Of a DNA stretch of 64,000 bases, positions 29,283 to 40,088 are shown in pieces. Position numbers and translations under genes: made by a program. The DNA comes from Candidatus Krumholzibacteriales bacterium. Its GTDB lineage: Bacteria > Krumholzibacteriota > Krumholzibacteriia > Krumholzibacteriales > WJIX01. Under the pieces are notes generated by a model. The model searched no databases. It was not told where the DNA came from and worked only from the letters and a program-made list of their open reading frames with translations. Every line of letters starts with the position of its first letter. The stretch's first letter is position 1. The stretch lies in contig JAWODM010000008.1 in the NCBI GenBank assembly GCA_046483305.1, forward strand, positions 1-64,000. Direction: 5' to 3'.

Positions 29283-31619
29283 TTGAACGAGGACAAAGAA
29301 TATTTAAAACAGATTCCGGAAGAGATAGGCGTGGTGCCGATTAATGACGGAGTAGTATATCCGGGTATGTTGGCCCCGCTGGTTCTATCCGACGAAAATC
29401 TCATTAATCTGGTGGACAACGTCCTTGATTCCAGCAAGGTTATCGGGGTATTCACACAGAAGGACAGAGAGGTTTCGGATCCCGGGCCTGACGATATCTA
29501 TAATTTCGGCTGCGCAATGCTGATTCAGAAAATGGCCAGGTTCCCGGACGGGCATATAAGGATTATCGGGCAGGGGCTGACCAGAATCAAGATCAGGGAA
29601 TTCACCAGAACCACCAATCCCATGAGATCCAGGATCGATGTTATCAGGGAAAAAAACGTATCAAATATTGAGATAAGCGCTCTGGTCGGAAATATTCAGT
29701 CTGCCTTTATCAGTTTGATAGATAAGACCGATAAATACCCCAACGAGCTGAAGAAAGTGGTCATGAATATTTCGCAACCCGGGCAGCTTGCAGATTTCAT
29801 CGCCACAAATCTCTCCATCGGTATAGAAGAGAAAATGGCTGTGCTGGAGGCGGTCGATCCCAAGAAGAGAATGGGGATGGTATTCGAATATATAGACAGC
29901 GAACTTGAAATTGCCAAGATAGGGGAAAAGATTCAGAAAGATATGCATCAGGAGATGGACCGCGAACAGAGAGAATATTTCCTCAGGAAGAAGATGGAAG
30001 CGATTAAAAAGGAGCTGGGAGAGGATGATATCTCGGTAGACGCCGAAGACCTGAAAGAGAAAATCGAACAGACAGACCTTCCCGAGCGGGTTGCGGAGGC
30101 AGCGGAGCAGCAGTGGCGCAGGCTCTCCAGAATGTCGCCGGCCTCGGCTGAATATACCGTTACCAGGACTTACCTGGATTGGCTACTGACCATACCCTGG
30201 AAGGTATCAACCCCGGATATTATGGACGTCAACAGAGCCCAGAAGATACTGGATAAGGATCACTACGACCTGGATACGGTGAAGGAAAGGATTCTGGAAT
30301 TTCTCTCGGTTAGAAAGCTTAAGGGGGGAAGGATAGGTTCAATCCTGTGTTTCGTGGGCCCCCCCGGCGTGGGGAAGACCTCTCTGGGACAGAGTGTGGC
30401 AAGGGCTCTGGGAAGGAAATTTACCAGGATCTCCCTGGGCGGAATCAAGGATGAGGCGGAGATCAGGGGACACCGGCGGACTTATGTGGGGGCGCTTCCC
30501 GGAAGAATTATTCAGGGGATTAAGAACACCGGAAGCAACAATCCGGTCTTCATGCTTGACGAGGTGGATAAAATTGGCAGGGATTTCCGGGGCGATCCGA
30601 CCTCGGCCCTGCTGGAAGTTCTCGACCCGGAGCAGAACAGCGCCTTTCAGGATAACTATCTTAATCTGCCGTTCGATCTCTCCAGCGTGCTGTTCATAAC
30701 CACAGCCAATATCACCGAAACAATTCCAGCGCCTCTGATGGACAGAATGGAGGTGATGGAGCTTCCCGGCTATATCACCAGCGAGAAGCTTCAGATAGCC
30801 AGAAAGTACCTGATACCAAGACAGTTTGAAAAGAACGGGGTGCAGCGTAATAAACTCGAAATATCCGATGAAGCCATTATCAGGATAATAGATTCATATA
30901 CCTGGGAGGCCGGGGTCAGGAATCTCGAAAGATCGATAGCGGCGATTATGAGAAAGGTCGCCAGGAAACTGACTTCCGGGAAAAAGGGCCCCTACCGGGT
31001 GATACCGAGGAACCTCAAGAGTTACCTTGGCCCCAGGGAGTACACCGGCAGGCTGATGATGAAACAGCCGCGGCTTGGTGTCGCAACCGGAATGGCAAAG
31101 TCCACCTCCGGCGGGGTAATTCTTTTCGTAGAGGCAGCTATTATGAAGGGTAACGGGCGGCTGAAGCTGACCGGAAGGCTGGGAAATGTAATGAAGGAAT
31201 CGGCCGAGGCGGCTCTCAGCTTCATCAGGGCAAAATACGGAGACAGTATACAGGGACAGGACCTTTTTCAGGAAAAGGATATACATATTCATATACCTGC
31301 CGGGGCTATCCCCAAGGACGGCCCCAGCGCGGGTATAGCGCTTGCAATATCAGTCGCTTCAATTATCCTCGACAGAAAAGTAAGGAATGATATAGCGGTT
31401 ACAGGCGAAATTACTCTTACCGGGAATGTCCTGCCGGTAGGAGGTATAAAGGACAAGGTCATAGCCGCTCACAGGGCCGGTATCAGGGAGATCCTTCTTC
31501 CGGGAGAGAATAAGAAGGACCTGGAGGAGATCCCGGAGAGAATAACCGGGGAGATCAGGTTCCGGTTCGTAAATAAACTGACCGAGGCGCTTAAGATCGC
31601 ACTGATCGACCAGAGCTGA
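29283..31619 (+). CDS. lon: ATP-dependent protease La
   Basis: N-domain, GPPGVGKTS, DEAEIRGHRRTY, PKDGPSAG (catalytic Ser), GGIKDK (catalytic Lys region). Confidence 0.96.
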   Translation: MNEDKEYLKQIPEEIGVVPINDGVVYPGMLAPLVLSDENLINLVDNVLDSSKVIGVFTQKDREVSDPGPDDIYNFGCAMLIQKMARFPDGHIRIIGQGLTRIKIREFTRTTNPMRSRIDVIREKNVSNIEISALVGNIQSAFISLIDKTDKYPNELKKVVMNISQPGQLADFIATNLSIGIEEKMAVLEAVDPKKRMGMVFEYIDSELEIAKIGEKIQKDMHQEMDREQREYFLRKKMEAIKKELGEDDISVDAEDLKEKIEQTDLPERVAEAAEQQWRRLSRMSPASAEYTVTRTYLDWLLTIPWKVSTPDIMDVNRAQKILDKDHYDLDTVKERILEFLSVRKLKGGRIGSILCFVGPPGVGKTSLGQSVARALGRKFTRISLGGIKDEAEIRGHRRTYVGALPGRIIQGIKNTGSNNPVFMLDEVDKIGRDFRGDPTSALLEVLDPEQNSAFQDNYLNLPFDLSSVLFITTANITETIPAPLMDRMEVMELPGYITSEKLQIARKYLIPRQFEKNGVQRNKLEISDEAIIRIIDSYTWEAGVRNLERSIAAIMRKVARKLTSGKKGPYRVIPRNLKSYLGPREYTGRLMMKQPRLGVATGMAKSTSGGVILFVEAAIMKGNGRLKLTGRLGNVMKESAEAALSFIRAKYGDSIQGQDLFQEKDIHIHIPAGAIPKDGPSAGIALAISVASIILDRKVRNDIAVTGEITLTGNVLPVGGIKDKVIAAHRAGIREILLPGENKKDLEEIPERITGEIRFRFVNKLTEALKIALIDQS

Positions 31620-31643
31620 TACCACGATAAAGGAAAACAAGCT

Positions 31644-32714
31644 ATGGGTAAAAGTAAGAAGGAACCCAGTATCATTCCTCAGGCCATATCGCTCCTTGCC
31701 GGAAAGTTCAAGAGAAACCGGAGCTTTCATCTGCCGGGCGATGTGATAAACTCAGCGAAAATACTCTTTATCGGTTCGGATGATATACTGGAACTTCTTT
31801 TTATTTATCCGGTGGTGGAGTATTTCAGAAAGAATTATCCGGATATTAAGAAAACTATCCTGGTAGACAGATCCCTGGCGGAAGCGGCGGCCAAACTCCT
31901 CCCGGTGGAGTCTGTCATAACCTACAGGGCGGATCAGATGCGCCTGTATAAAAAGGGATTTATCAAACTTCTCAAGGCGCTCAAGAAAGAGTACTTCGAA
32001 ACCTGCATCCTTCTGGGGAGAGAGGCTTCCATGCATAATTATATCCTGGCGTTTCTTTCCGGGGCGGTTACCAGGATAGGCTTCGGAGCCACCTTATCCT
32101 TCCCCTACATCAACTGTGAAATAGTCCTGTCCGGCGGAGAACGTTACATCGGAAAGAGGTATTCGGGAATTATCAACTCCATAGGGTTGAAGGGGGGAAG
32201 CGGCTTTGAGAGGCTGAGTCTGAAGGAGAAGGACCTGCATAGAGCGGAACAGCTGATCCATTTCAGGAAGCCCAGAGCTGATGTAATGACAATAGGCGTG
32301 GATCCGGGGCATGGCAGGGAGAAGCGGTATGTAATTCCGGAGATTCTCGCTTTTCTGGTTAATAATCTCGCAGCCAGAATGAAATCCAAGGTGCTGATTC
32401 TTACGGAACCCTGGGAGGCAAGGCTGGTACGAGAGTTCTCCTCGGAGATCAAATGCGACCGTTTCGATCTGGAACCGGAGAATTCATACCAGGCCATAAA
32501 TCTGCTGGCATGTTGTGATCTGTTCATCTCCGCGAATACCACTCTCTTCCATTTCGCCTCGGCCCTGGGGGTTCCAACCATAGGCCTTTTCACCGAGGGT
32601 GAAAGCGTCAGATGGGTTCCGGACCGCAATAATGTGAGAATATTCAGGGGAAGGAAAGGTGAAAAATTGTCCCTGAAGGAGTTTTTTGGTATTGTTGAAG
32701 ACGTTCTCGGTTGA
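31644..32714 (+). CDS. Glycosyltransferase family 9 protein (divergent)
   Basis: RIGF and DLFISANT..FHFASALGVPTIGLF C-terminal GT9 motif; N-terminal GD motif degenerate. Confidence 0.7.
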   Translation: MGKSKKEPSIIPQAISLLAGKFKRNRSFHLPGDVINSAKILFIGSDDILELLFIYPVVEYFRKNYPDIKKTILVDRSLAEAAAKLLPVESVITYRADQMRLYKKGFIKLLKALKKEYFETCILLGREASMHNYILAFLSGAVTRIGFGATLSFPYINCEIVLSGGERYIGKRYSGIINSIGLKGGSGFERLSLKEKDLHRAEQLIHFRKPRADVMTIGVDPGHGREKRYVIPEILAFLVNNLAARMKSKVLILTEPWEARLVREFSSEIKCDRFDLEPENSYQAINLLACCDLFISANTTLFHFASALGVPTIGLFTEGESVRWVPDRNNVRIFRGRKGEKLSLKEFFGIVEDVLG

Positions 32715-32763
32715 TATATGGGCGCCGGTAAACAGGCCTGGAAAATGAAGGTGATGAATTTCG

Positions 32764-34623
32764 ATGAAGCAGCAGGGAGCCGCCAGAATTTATTTTCGGC
32801 TGATGTCCTATCTTCTGCCGATGTGGAAGAGGGTAGTGGTTCTATTGCTGGTCACCGCTATCTTCGCCCTGCTCAGCGGTATTTCCCTCACTCTGATACC
32901 TCCCTTCCTTAACATACTTTTCAATGAGGACCCCGAGATAAAAAATGTGGACCAGCTTCTGTCTGAGGATCACTCCAGACTGGTCCCCGACCAGCTGGAA
33001 AAACGTATAGAAATAGTCAAAATGAGGGCCAAGGAGATTATATACCGGGGAGAGCCGACCGAAAGGCTGGCCCGCTTCTGCATAATATTCTTTTCCCTGA
33101 TGGTGATAAAGAATATATTCGGCTACTTCAGCGCCTACATGAATATAGCTGTGGGGCAGACTGTCCTTAAAGCAATCAGGGATGAACTCTACGGAAAGAT
33201 TCAGCAGCTTCCCATGAGTTATTTCGACAGGAATAAGACCGGCCATCTGATCTCGAAGATTACCAATGATGTTACCATGCTCAGGGGGGCGGTAGTGGGA
33301 GGCCTGGCTTCTATTATCCAGTACGGGCTGATGACCCTTATAGCTATAACTATCATCTTCTATACATCCTGGAAACTTTCTCTTCTAACCATGGTGCTGG
33401 TCCCGGCGAATATCTTCCTGATAGTGCTGATAAGCAGGAAATTACGGAAAGGCAGCATCAGGGCTCAGGCCAGGATGGCCGATATAACCATGGTACTGCA
33501 GGAGACTATCTCGGGTGTGAGGGTGGTAAAGGCCTTCGGAATGGAAAAGTTCGAGAAGAAGAAATTCGCCCGCTTCAACCTTCAATATCTGAAGGAATAC
33601 CTGAAAATGCGGAAGTTCGCAGAGCTGGCCAGGCCTTCCAGCGAGGCTCTTGGGATGATAGCCAGTGTAATAGTTCTCTGGTATGGCGGAAAGCTGGTAA
33701 TTTCGGGAGAATTGGATCCGGCAAACCTGATGATGTTTATAGGCACTATGCTGTGGGTGGTTAATCCGATAAAGCGGCTGAGCAAGCTGAACAGCGAGAT
33801 TCAGGAAGGTATCGGATGCGGACAGAGGGTTTTCAGTATCATGGATTACGGGAGCGAGGGGGAGAATCAGGGTGATATTGAAATAGATAATTTCAGGGAC
33901 AGGATAGAATACAGGGATGTTTCATTCAGTTATACCGGAGAAGAGGATGTTCTGAAAGGTATCGACCTTACTATTCATAACGGAGAGATCGTGGCGATAG
34001 TGGGGGTGAGCGGGACCGGCAAATCGACTCTCGCGGACCTGCTTCCCAGGTTCTATCCCGTTACCTCGGGAAGGATACTTCTGGACGGAATCGATATAAA
34101 TGATATTAAACTCTCTTCTCTCCGCTCCCTCATGGGAATCGTGACTCAGGAGACTATTCTATTCAATGACACGGTATTCAATAATATAGCTTACGGAATG
34201 GAATCCTGCACCAGGGAGGACGTAGTCAAGGCGGCGGTAGCGGCTAACGCGGACAGTTTCATTTCTGAGATGAAGGAAGGGTATGATACGGAGATAGGGG
34301 ACCGTGGAATCCAGTTATCGGGCGGGCAGAGACAGCGGCTCGCGATCGCCCGGGCTCTTTTGAAAAACCCTCAGATACTTATCCTGGACGAAGCCACCAG
34401 TTCTCTTGATGTGGAGAGTGAGGCGCTGGTTCAGGAAGCGATAGATCACCTGGTCAAGGGAAGAACCGCCCTGGTTATCGCGCACCGGCTCTCCACCGTA
34501 AAGAACGCCGATAAGATAGTAGTTCTGGAGGACGGCAGGATAAGCCAGGCAGGGAACCACGAGGATCTGATTAATGAAGAAGGAACCTACAGGAAACTTT
34601 ACAAAATGCATATCAGAGAATAA
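32764..34623 (+). CDS. msbA: MsbA-like lipid A/LPS export ABC transporter
   Basis: TMD plus NBD (GVSGTGKS, LSGGQRQR, LDEATS); inside the LPS core cluster. Confidence 0.82.
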   Translation: MKQQGAARIYFRLMSYLLPMWKRVVVLLLVTAIFALLSGISLTLIPPFLNILFNEDPEIKNVDQLLSEDHSRLVPDQLEKRIEIVKMRAKEIIYRGEPTERLARFCIIFFSLMVIKNIFGYFSAYMNIAVGQTVLKAIRDELYGKIQQLPMSYFDRNKTGHLISKITNDVTMLRGAVVGGLASIIQYGLMTLIAITIIFYTSWKLSLLTMVLVPANIFLIVLISRKLRKGSIRAQARMADITMVLQETISGVRVVKAFGMEKFEKKKFARFNLQYLKEYLKMRKFAELARPSSEALGMIASVIVLWYGGKLVISGELDPANLMMFIGTMLWVVNPIKRLSKLNSEIQEGIGCGQRVFSIMDYGSEGENQGDIEIDNFRDRIEYRDVSFSYTGEEDVLKGIDLTIHNGEIVAIVGVSGTGKSTLADLLPRFYPVTSGRILLDGIDINDIKLSSLRSLMGIVTQETILFNDTVFNNIAYGMESCTREDVVKAAVAANADSFISEMKEGYDTEIGDRGIQLSGGQRQRLAIARALLKNPQILILDEATSSLDVESEALVQEAIDHLVKGRTALVIAHRLSTVKNADKIVVLEDGRISQAGNHEDLINEEGTYRKLYKMHIRE

Positions 34624-35635
34624 TATTCTGGTTCTTGCCCCCAACTGGCTCGGCGACGCGGTTATGTCTCTTCCTTTTTTCGCCGCTCTTCGGAAAAAGT
34701 ATCCGGAGAGCTTCGTTACTGCCGCCTGCCGTGATTATGTATCGGAGATATTCAGAAGATGTCCCGATATAGACAGGCTGCTGGTGGAAGGAAAGGGGGG
34801 AATCTTCGGGAAAGTATCGAAGATAAGAGCGAGCTGCCCGCAGGATAACAGCTATCAGAAATGTTTTATTCTGAGGCCGTCGTTCTCTTCAGCCCTTACG
34901 GCGTTTCTGGCGGGGATCGCAGAGAGGGTCGGTTACGGTACGGATTTCAGATCGTTTCTGCTGACCGGATCCCTGAAGGGGATGTTGTACCGGAGAGGAC
35001 ACCTTGCGGAAGGTTACATCAGGCTTCTTGATATCGACAGAGGGCAGCCGGAAGATGAAATTACGGTTCCGGTACTGGAACCTCCCGGGCAATGGCGGTC
35101 GATCCTCAAAGGGATGGCTCTTCCGGAAAATTACATTGTTTTCTCGCCCGGGGCAGCATACGGGCCGGCCAAGCTCTGGCCCGCGGACAAATATGGGGAG
35201 CTGGCGGAGAAGATATATTCAAACGGAAAGACTGTCATAGTTGCAGTGGGATCGTCAGGTGAGAAGGATTACATCTCAGGTATATTGGATGGTGCCGGAA
35301 ACGGTATCAACCTGGCGGGAAAAACAGGAATGAAGGAACTTATCGCGGTTTTAAGAGGAGCGCAGGCTGTTGTCGGTAATGACAGCGGCACTGTCCACCT
35401 CTCCGCCGCACTGGGTGTTCCGACAGTTGCGATATTCGGGTCCACCAGTTCCGAATGGACGTCGCCGCGTGGAGAATACGTAGAGGTCCTCGATTCAGAG
35501 ATATCATGTTCACCCTGTTTTGAGAGAGAATGCAGATTGTATGAGTATGCCAGGTGCTATGATGACATAAAGGTAGAGGATGTACTTAAAGCTTTATCGA
35601 GGATGAGAAAGGAAGCTGATATTGAAAGGTTTTAA
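34574..35635 (+). CDS. waaF: LPS heptosyltransferase II (GT9)
   Basis: APNWLGDAVM, PGAAYGPAKLW, NLAGKT, GNDSG..HLSAALGVP, CSPCF.REC. Confidence 0.85.
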   Translation: MKKEPTGNFTKCISENNILVLAPNWLGDAVMSLPFFAALRKKYPESFVTAACRDYVSEIFRRCPDIDRLLVEGKGGIFGKVSKIRASCPQDNSYQKCFILRPSFSSALTAFLAGIAERVGYGTDFRSFLLTGSLKGMLYRRGHLAEGYIRLLDIDRGQPEDEITVPVLEPPGQWRSILKGMALPENYIVFSPGAAYGPAKLWPADKYGELAEKIYSNGKTVIVAVGSSGEKDYISGILDGAGNGINLAGKTGMKELIAVLRGAQAVVGNDSGTVHLSAALGVPTVAIFGSTSSEWTSPRGEYVEVLDSEISCSPCFERECRLYEYARCYDDIKVEDVLKALSRMRKEADIERF

Positions 35636-36650
35636 TCTCGCCCCGGAAGATTTCAGAGATATAAGCAGAAGCTGGAGCGGAATAAAGGTAGTTGTATTCG
35701 GGGATATGATACTGGACGAATATATTTATGGAAGGACCGGAAGGGTTTCCAGGGAAGCTCCGGTGGTAATAGTCGAATATGATGGAACCAGTTACTGTCC
35801 CGGGGGCGGCGCAAACGCTGCCGCGAATATATCCGCGCTGGGCGGAACAGGCTCAGCGGTAGGTATTACCGGAGAAGACAGCGCTGGGAAAAGGCTCAGG
35901 GCCGAGCTGGAGAAAAGATCGGTTTCGGTGAAGGGGCTGATCTCATCGGAAAACAGGGGTACCGTTCTCAAGACCAGAATAATGGCAGGGGATTTCCACG
36001 CCCAGCGTCAGCAGATTGTGAGGATTGACCGGGAGAACAAGCAATATATACCCGGGAAGGACCAGCAGAGGGTACTCAGCGCCTTCTCAAGGGAGATATC
36101 CGACGCAGGAGCCGTAATACTGAGCGATTACAATCAGAAGCTTCTCTCAGCGCAGGTAATATCAGATGCGCTGGAAATGATCAGGGAAAGGGGTATCCCG
36201 GTATTCGTAGACTCAAGGTTCAGGTTGAATGAATTTTCAGGGGTAACCGGCGCCACTCCCAATGAAGTGGAACTTTCCATGACGGCCGGAATAGAACTGG
36301 CTGAAGACGGTGCGGTAGACGAGGCCGCCCTGGCTGTCATGGAAAAGCTCAGCCTTGAATCTCTCATAGTTACCAGGGGCAGTTGCGGGATGTCGCTGTA
36401 CCGGCCCGGCAAAGAGGTTTTCTCCGTCCCGGTGGTGGGGAGCAGGGCGGCCACTGACGTTACCGGAGCGGGAGATACCGTGGTCGCTGTGGTGGCTCTG
36501 GCGGCGGCAGCGGGAGCTGACATGAAGACCGCGATGATGACAGCGAACGCTGCAGCCTCGGTGGTGGTGATGAAAAGAGGAACCGGCGTGGCGTCTCCCG
36601 GTGAGATTGTTGAGCTTCTGAAGGAGCATTGCGGGGATCAAACCGGCTGA
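35622..36650 (+). CDS. hldA: D-glycero-beta-D-manno-heptose-7-phosphate kinase (HldE kinase domain, stand-alone)
   Basis: GDMILDEY, RVSREAPV, PGGGANAA.N, LSDY, TPNE, DVTGAGDTV. Confidence 0.85.
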   Translation: MKGFNLAPEDFRDISRSWSGIKVVVFGDMILDEYIYGRTGRVSREAPVVIVEYDGTSYCPGGGANAAANISALGGTGSAVGITGEDSAGKRLRAELEKRSVSVKGLISSENRGTVLKTRIMAGDFHAQRQQIVRIDRENKQYIPGKDQQRVLSAFSREISDAGAVILSDYNQKLLSAQVISDALEMIRERGIPVFVDSRFRLNEFSGVTGATPNEVELSMTAGIELAEDGAVDEAALAVMEKLSLESLIVTRGSCGMSLYRPGKEVFSVPVVGSRAATDVTGAGDTVVAVVALAAAAGADMKTAMMTANAAASVVVMKRGTGVASPGEIVELLKEHCGDQTG

Positions 36651-36684
36651 TAGAGATGGAACCGTAAACAGAGGGAGCGTAAGG

Positions 36685-37176
36685 TTGAAGAATATTTTCA
36701 CCAGCACCGGGCAAATGGCAGAAGAGCTTGAGAGGATCAGGAAGAATAAACAGGTTGTGGTATTGGCGAACGGATGCTTCGACATTATTCATGCCGGTCA
36801 TGTAAGGTACCTGAGGGAAGCGGCGGAACTGGGAAATATCCTGGTGGTCGCTGTAAATGACGACAGTTCCGCCAGGGATCTTAAGGGTAAGGGAAGGCCG
36901 GTATTTCCTCAGGAGGAAAGGGCTGAAATAATCGCCGCTCTGAAGGGTGTGGATTACGTACTGGTATTCGGAGACCGCACTGTGGATGAGATTATAAGGA
37001 AGCTGAAACCGGATATACACGCAAAGGGTACCGATTATACACCGGAGACCGTTCCGGAGAGAAAGACCGCCGAGGAGACAGGGTGCAGGACGGTCATTAC
37101 CGGCGATCCCAAGGACCATTCCAGCAGGGATATTATCAAGCATATAGCGGGGAGTTATAGAATTGGAACTGAATGA
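36685..37176 (+). CDS. hldC: D-glycero-beta-D-manno-heptose 1-phosphate adenylyltransferase (HldE transferase domain, stand-alone)
   Basis: NGCFDIIHAGHVRYL, N.DSS...LKG.GRP, KGTDY. Confidence 0.85.
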   Translation: MKNIFTSTGQMAEELERIRKNKQVVVLANGCFDIIHAGHVRYLREAAELGNILVVAVNDDSSARDLKGKGRPVFPQEERAEIIAALKGVDYVLVFGDRTVDEIIRKLKPDIHAKGTDYTPETVPERKTAEETGCRTVITGDPKDHSSRDIIKHIAGSYRIGTE

Positions 37177-38203
37177 GGAAGCTTCCCGCAGGGGGCGCAG
37201 GCTGAGGATTCTGGTCAGCAGGCTCAGATTCCTTGGAGACGTGATTATAACCACCCCTGTGATTAAGGCGCTGAAAGAGTGTTATCCGGAAGCTGAAATA
37301 TACTATCTGGCGCAGGAGGAGTACGCTTCCGTGCTCGAAGAGAACCCGTTTCTGGAAGGCGTGCTGGCTTTGCGTAAGGGCGCTGCCGGAACATTCAGGA
37401 TTATCAGGGAGATAAGGGATCTCAGATTTACGGCCGCCCTGGATCTTTTCTATAACCCCCGCAGCGCCAATATACTCTTTCTTTCGGGGATACCGATCAG
37501 GATAGGAGGCAGCCGCAAGTTCCGGAAAAGGCTGTATACGGATAATTTCTCAGTGAGCCCCGAGGTAAGAAGTGCGGTGCGTCACCATCTCTGCGCTATG
37601 GAGGTAATTGGCTGCGAGCCCGGCGAACCGGCCTGCCCCAGGGTCTATCTCAGGAGGGAAGAGGTTGCGAGGGGCAGGGAAATTCTGAAAAATATGACCG
37701 GTCTGGAGCCGGAGAGCTCTGAAATAATTACCATTCATCCCGGGGGCACCTGGCAGGCGAAGAGGTGGCCCCCGGAACTTTTCGCGGCTCTTATAGATAA
37801 GATATACAGTGATATGGGAGCGGAGGCTGTTCTTATAACCGGTCCCGGAGAGGAAGGTACAGTCGAACAGGTCGCAGGAAGCTGCTCATTCAATCCGGGA
37901 ATAATCCCGTTCCTGCCGGTTCGCAAGGCGGCGGCGGTAATGGCGGTGTCCAGCGCGGTAATCGCGAACGACGGCGGGATAATGCACCTGGCGGTGGCTC
38001 TCAATAAGCCGACGGTTGGAATATTCGGGCCCACCGAACCTGATATCTGGTTCCCATACAGCGGCATGGGCCCTTTCCGGCTGGCAACCGTAAATAAGGA
38101 ATGCGCGCCCTGTCACCGTCATTACTGTGAGAATCCTGAATGTCTCACCGATATCGCGCCCGGAGATGTTTACCGGGAATTAATGGCAGTAAGGGGGGGT
38201 TAA
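37163..38203 (+). CDS. Glycosyltransferase family 9 (heptosyltransferase-like)
   Basis: FLGDV, HPGGTWQAKRWP, NDGGIMHLAVAL..PTVGIFGPT, CAPC. Confidence 0.88.
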   Translation: MELNEEASRRGRRLRILVSRLRFLGDVIITTPVIKALKECYPEAEIYYLAQEEYASVLEENPFLEGVLALRKGAAGTFRIIREIRDLRFTAALDLFYNPRSANILFLSGIPIRIGGSRKFRKRLYTDNFSVSPEVRSAVRHHLCAMEVIGCEPGEPACPRVYLRREEVARGREILKNMTGLEPESSEIITIHPGGTWQAKRWPPELFAALIDKIYSDMGAEAVLITGPGEEGTVEQVAGSCSFNPGIIPFLPVRKAAAVMAVSSAVIANDGGIMHLAVALNKPTVGIFGPTEPDIWFPYSGMGPFRLATVNKECAPCHRHYCENPECLTDIAPGDVYRELMAVRGG

Positions 38204-38208
38204 GAAGA

Positions 38209-39291
38209 ATGGCGGAACGGACCACTTCGATGCGTCTCCATGAAAGCATTTCCTCCATTCTGGTAATCAGGCTTAAGGCTCTGGGGGATATCGTTCTCTC
38301 CATGCCCCTGCTGAATTCATTTCGAAGAACATTCCCGGAATCCAGAATAGATTTTCTCTGTTTAAAAGGTTACGGAGAGGCTGTTCAGGGAAATCCGGAC
38401 ATAGACAGGGTAATAGAATTCGAGAAGGGGATATCCAGCCAGGCCGGGGTGATGCTTGAACTGAGAAGGAGGCGTTATGACCTGGTCCTGGACCTTATCA
38501 GCTCCCCCCGGAGCGCTGTCATTACCCTTTTCACCGGAGCTGATTTGAGGGTAGGTATGGATGTAGGCAGGCATAACTTCTGCTACCATAAGGTCTTGCC
38601 GCGAACCATTGAACGCAATGGTGAAAGGGTAATATTGTACACCATGGATGGGAACAGGGAAATAGCGAGGATTCTCAATCTCGAGCCGGACAGGCTGGCC
38701 GCCCCGGAGAACAGATACCAGACAGGATTTCCTCCTTCAGAGAGAGGAAGCGGGTGGGCCGGTGAATTCCTGGCGCCGGCCGGTCCGGAAGCGGAAGGTT
38801 TCATAGGAGTGGTTCCCGGAGCGAAATACTCCGCCAAGAGCTGGCCGAAGGAAAAATTCGTGGAGTTCATATCCCTGCTTACCGAAAGGACCGGATATCT
38901 CCCGGTATTGATCTGGGGCCCCGGCGAAGAAGATATCGCTGATTACATAGTTGAATGCTCCGAAGAAACTCTGAAGCCGCCCCTGATTGGTATATCGAAG
39001 CTGGGAGCTCTGATCGGGAAGATGGATTGTGTGGTAGGTGTGGATTCCGGCCCCAAGCATCTGGCAGTGCTCCAGGGGGTTCCCACCGTAACCCTTTTCG
39101 GTCCCACCGACCCCCGGGTCTGGGACCCGTGTTCAGGGATCCATAGAGTGATACGCAGGGATCTGGATTGCTCTCCGTGCGGGCTTACCGAATGCTCCTA
39201 TGCGGAATGCATGCACGGGATCGGGGCGGATGAGCTGTTTGAAGAGACACTGAAACTTCTACGGGTAATTCGGCAGGGGAGGCTAAATTGA
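38209..39291 (+). CDS. Glycosyltransferase family 9 (heptosyltransferase-like)
   Basis: RLKALGDIV, PGAKYSAKSWP, DSGPKHLA...VPTVTLFGPT, CSPC; ATG 38209. Confidence 0.88.
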   Translation: MAERTTSMRLHESISSILVIRLKALGDIVLSMPLLNSFRRTFPESRIDFLCLKGYGEAVQGNPDIDRVIEFEKGISSQAGVMLELRRRRYDLVLDLISSPRSAVITLFTGADLRVGMDVGRHNFCYHKVLPRTIERNGERVILYTMDGNREIARILNLEPDRLAAPENRYQTGFPPSERGSGWAGEFLAPAGPEAEGFIGVVPGAKYSAKSWPKEKFVEFISLLTERTGYLPVLIWGPGEEDIADYIVECSEETLKPPLIGISKLGALIGKMDCVVGVDSGPKHLAVLQGVPTVTLFGPTDPRVWDPCSGIHRVIRRDLDCSPCGLTECSYAECMHGIGADELFEETLKLLRVIRQGRLN

Positions 39292-40049
39292 CATACAGCC
39301 TGGCAGATGTAACGCTGATAGTGATTACATTGAACGAAGAGGATAATATAGGAAGCTGCCTGGATAGCGCATCGGGGGTTGGGCAGATGATAGTGGTAGA
39401 TTCTTTCAGCAGCGACAGCACAGTCGATATAGCGGAGGAAGCCGGGGCGGAAATTTACAAAAGGGAATTCATATCCAACGCCGAGCAGAAAAACTGGGCG
39501 ATGGGCAAAGCGAGGGGGCGCTGGATTCTGATTCTGGATGCTGATGAGAGGCTATCGCCAGCATTAAAAGAGGAGATAACCGGGGAGCTGAAGAATCCCC
39601 GAGCCGACGGGTACTGGATTAGGAGAAAGAACAGGTTCATGAACCGGTATATCAGGCACTGCGGCTGGAGCAGGGACCGGGTGATGAGGCTCTTCCGAAC
39701 GGGAAAGGGCAGCTACAGCCAGAGGCTGGTTCACGAGAAGCTCAGTCTGAAGGGCGGGGCCGTCAGCCTGGAGAAGCCGATTCTGCATGACCCCTACCGG
39801 GACCTTTCTGATTATATCGACAGGATGAGCCAGTATTCAATGCGCGGAGCGAAAGAGCTTCATAAAGAGGGCAGGCACTGGTTTCCAGGGATATTAACAC
39901 ATCCGCCATTCAGGTTTCTCAGAATGTATCTCCTTCAACTGGGGTTCCTGGACGGAGCCGCCGGTTTTATTCTTTGCTACAGCGCCGCCGCGGGTGTATT
40001 TTTCAAATATGTGTACCTTAAGGAATTGCGCGAAAAAAGGGGATCATGA
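39288..40049 (+). CDS. Glycosyltransferase family 2 (WaaE/KdtX-like)
   Basis: ITLNEE, VVDSFSSDST, LDADE, VHE and GFLDG motifs. Confidence 0.88.
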   Translation: MTYSLADVTLIVITLNEEDNIGSCLDSASGVGQMIVVDSFSSDSTVDIAEEAGAEIYKREFISNAEQKNWAMGKARGRWILILDADERLSPALKEEITGELKNPRADGYWIRRKNRFMNRYIRHCGWSRDRVMRLFRTGKGSYSQRLVHEKLSLKGGAVSLEKPILHDPYRDLSDYIDRMSQYSMRGAKELHKEGRHWFPGILTHPPFRFLRMYLLQLGFLDGAAGFILCYSAAAGVFFKYVYLKELREKRGS

Positions 40050-40088
40050 GGTTCAAACCGGCTTTTATCATCCGGGGTTCGGAGAGGT

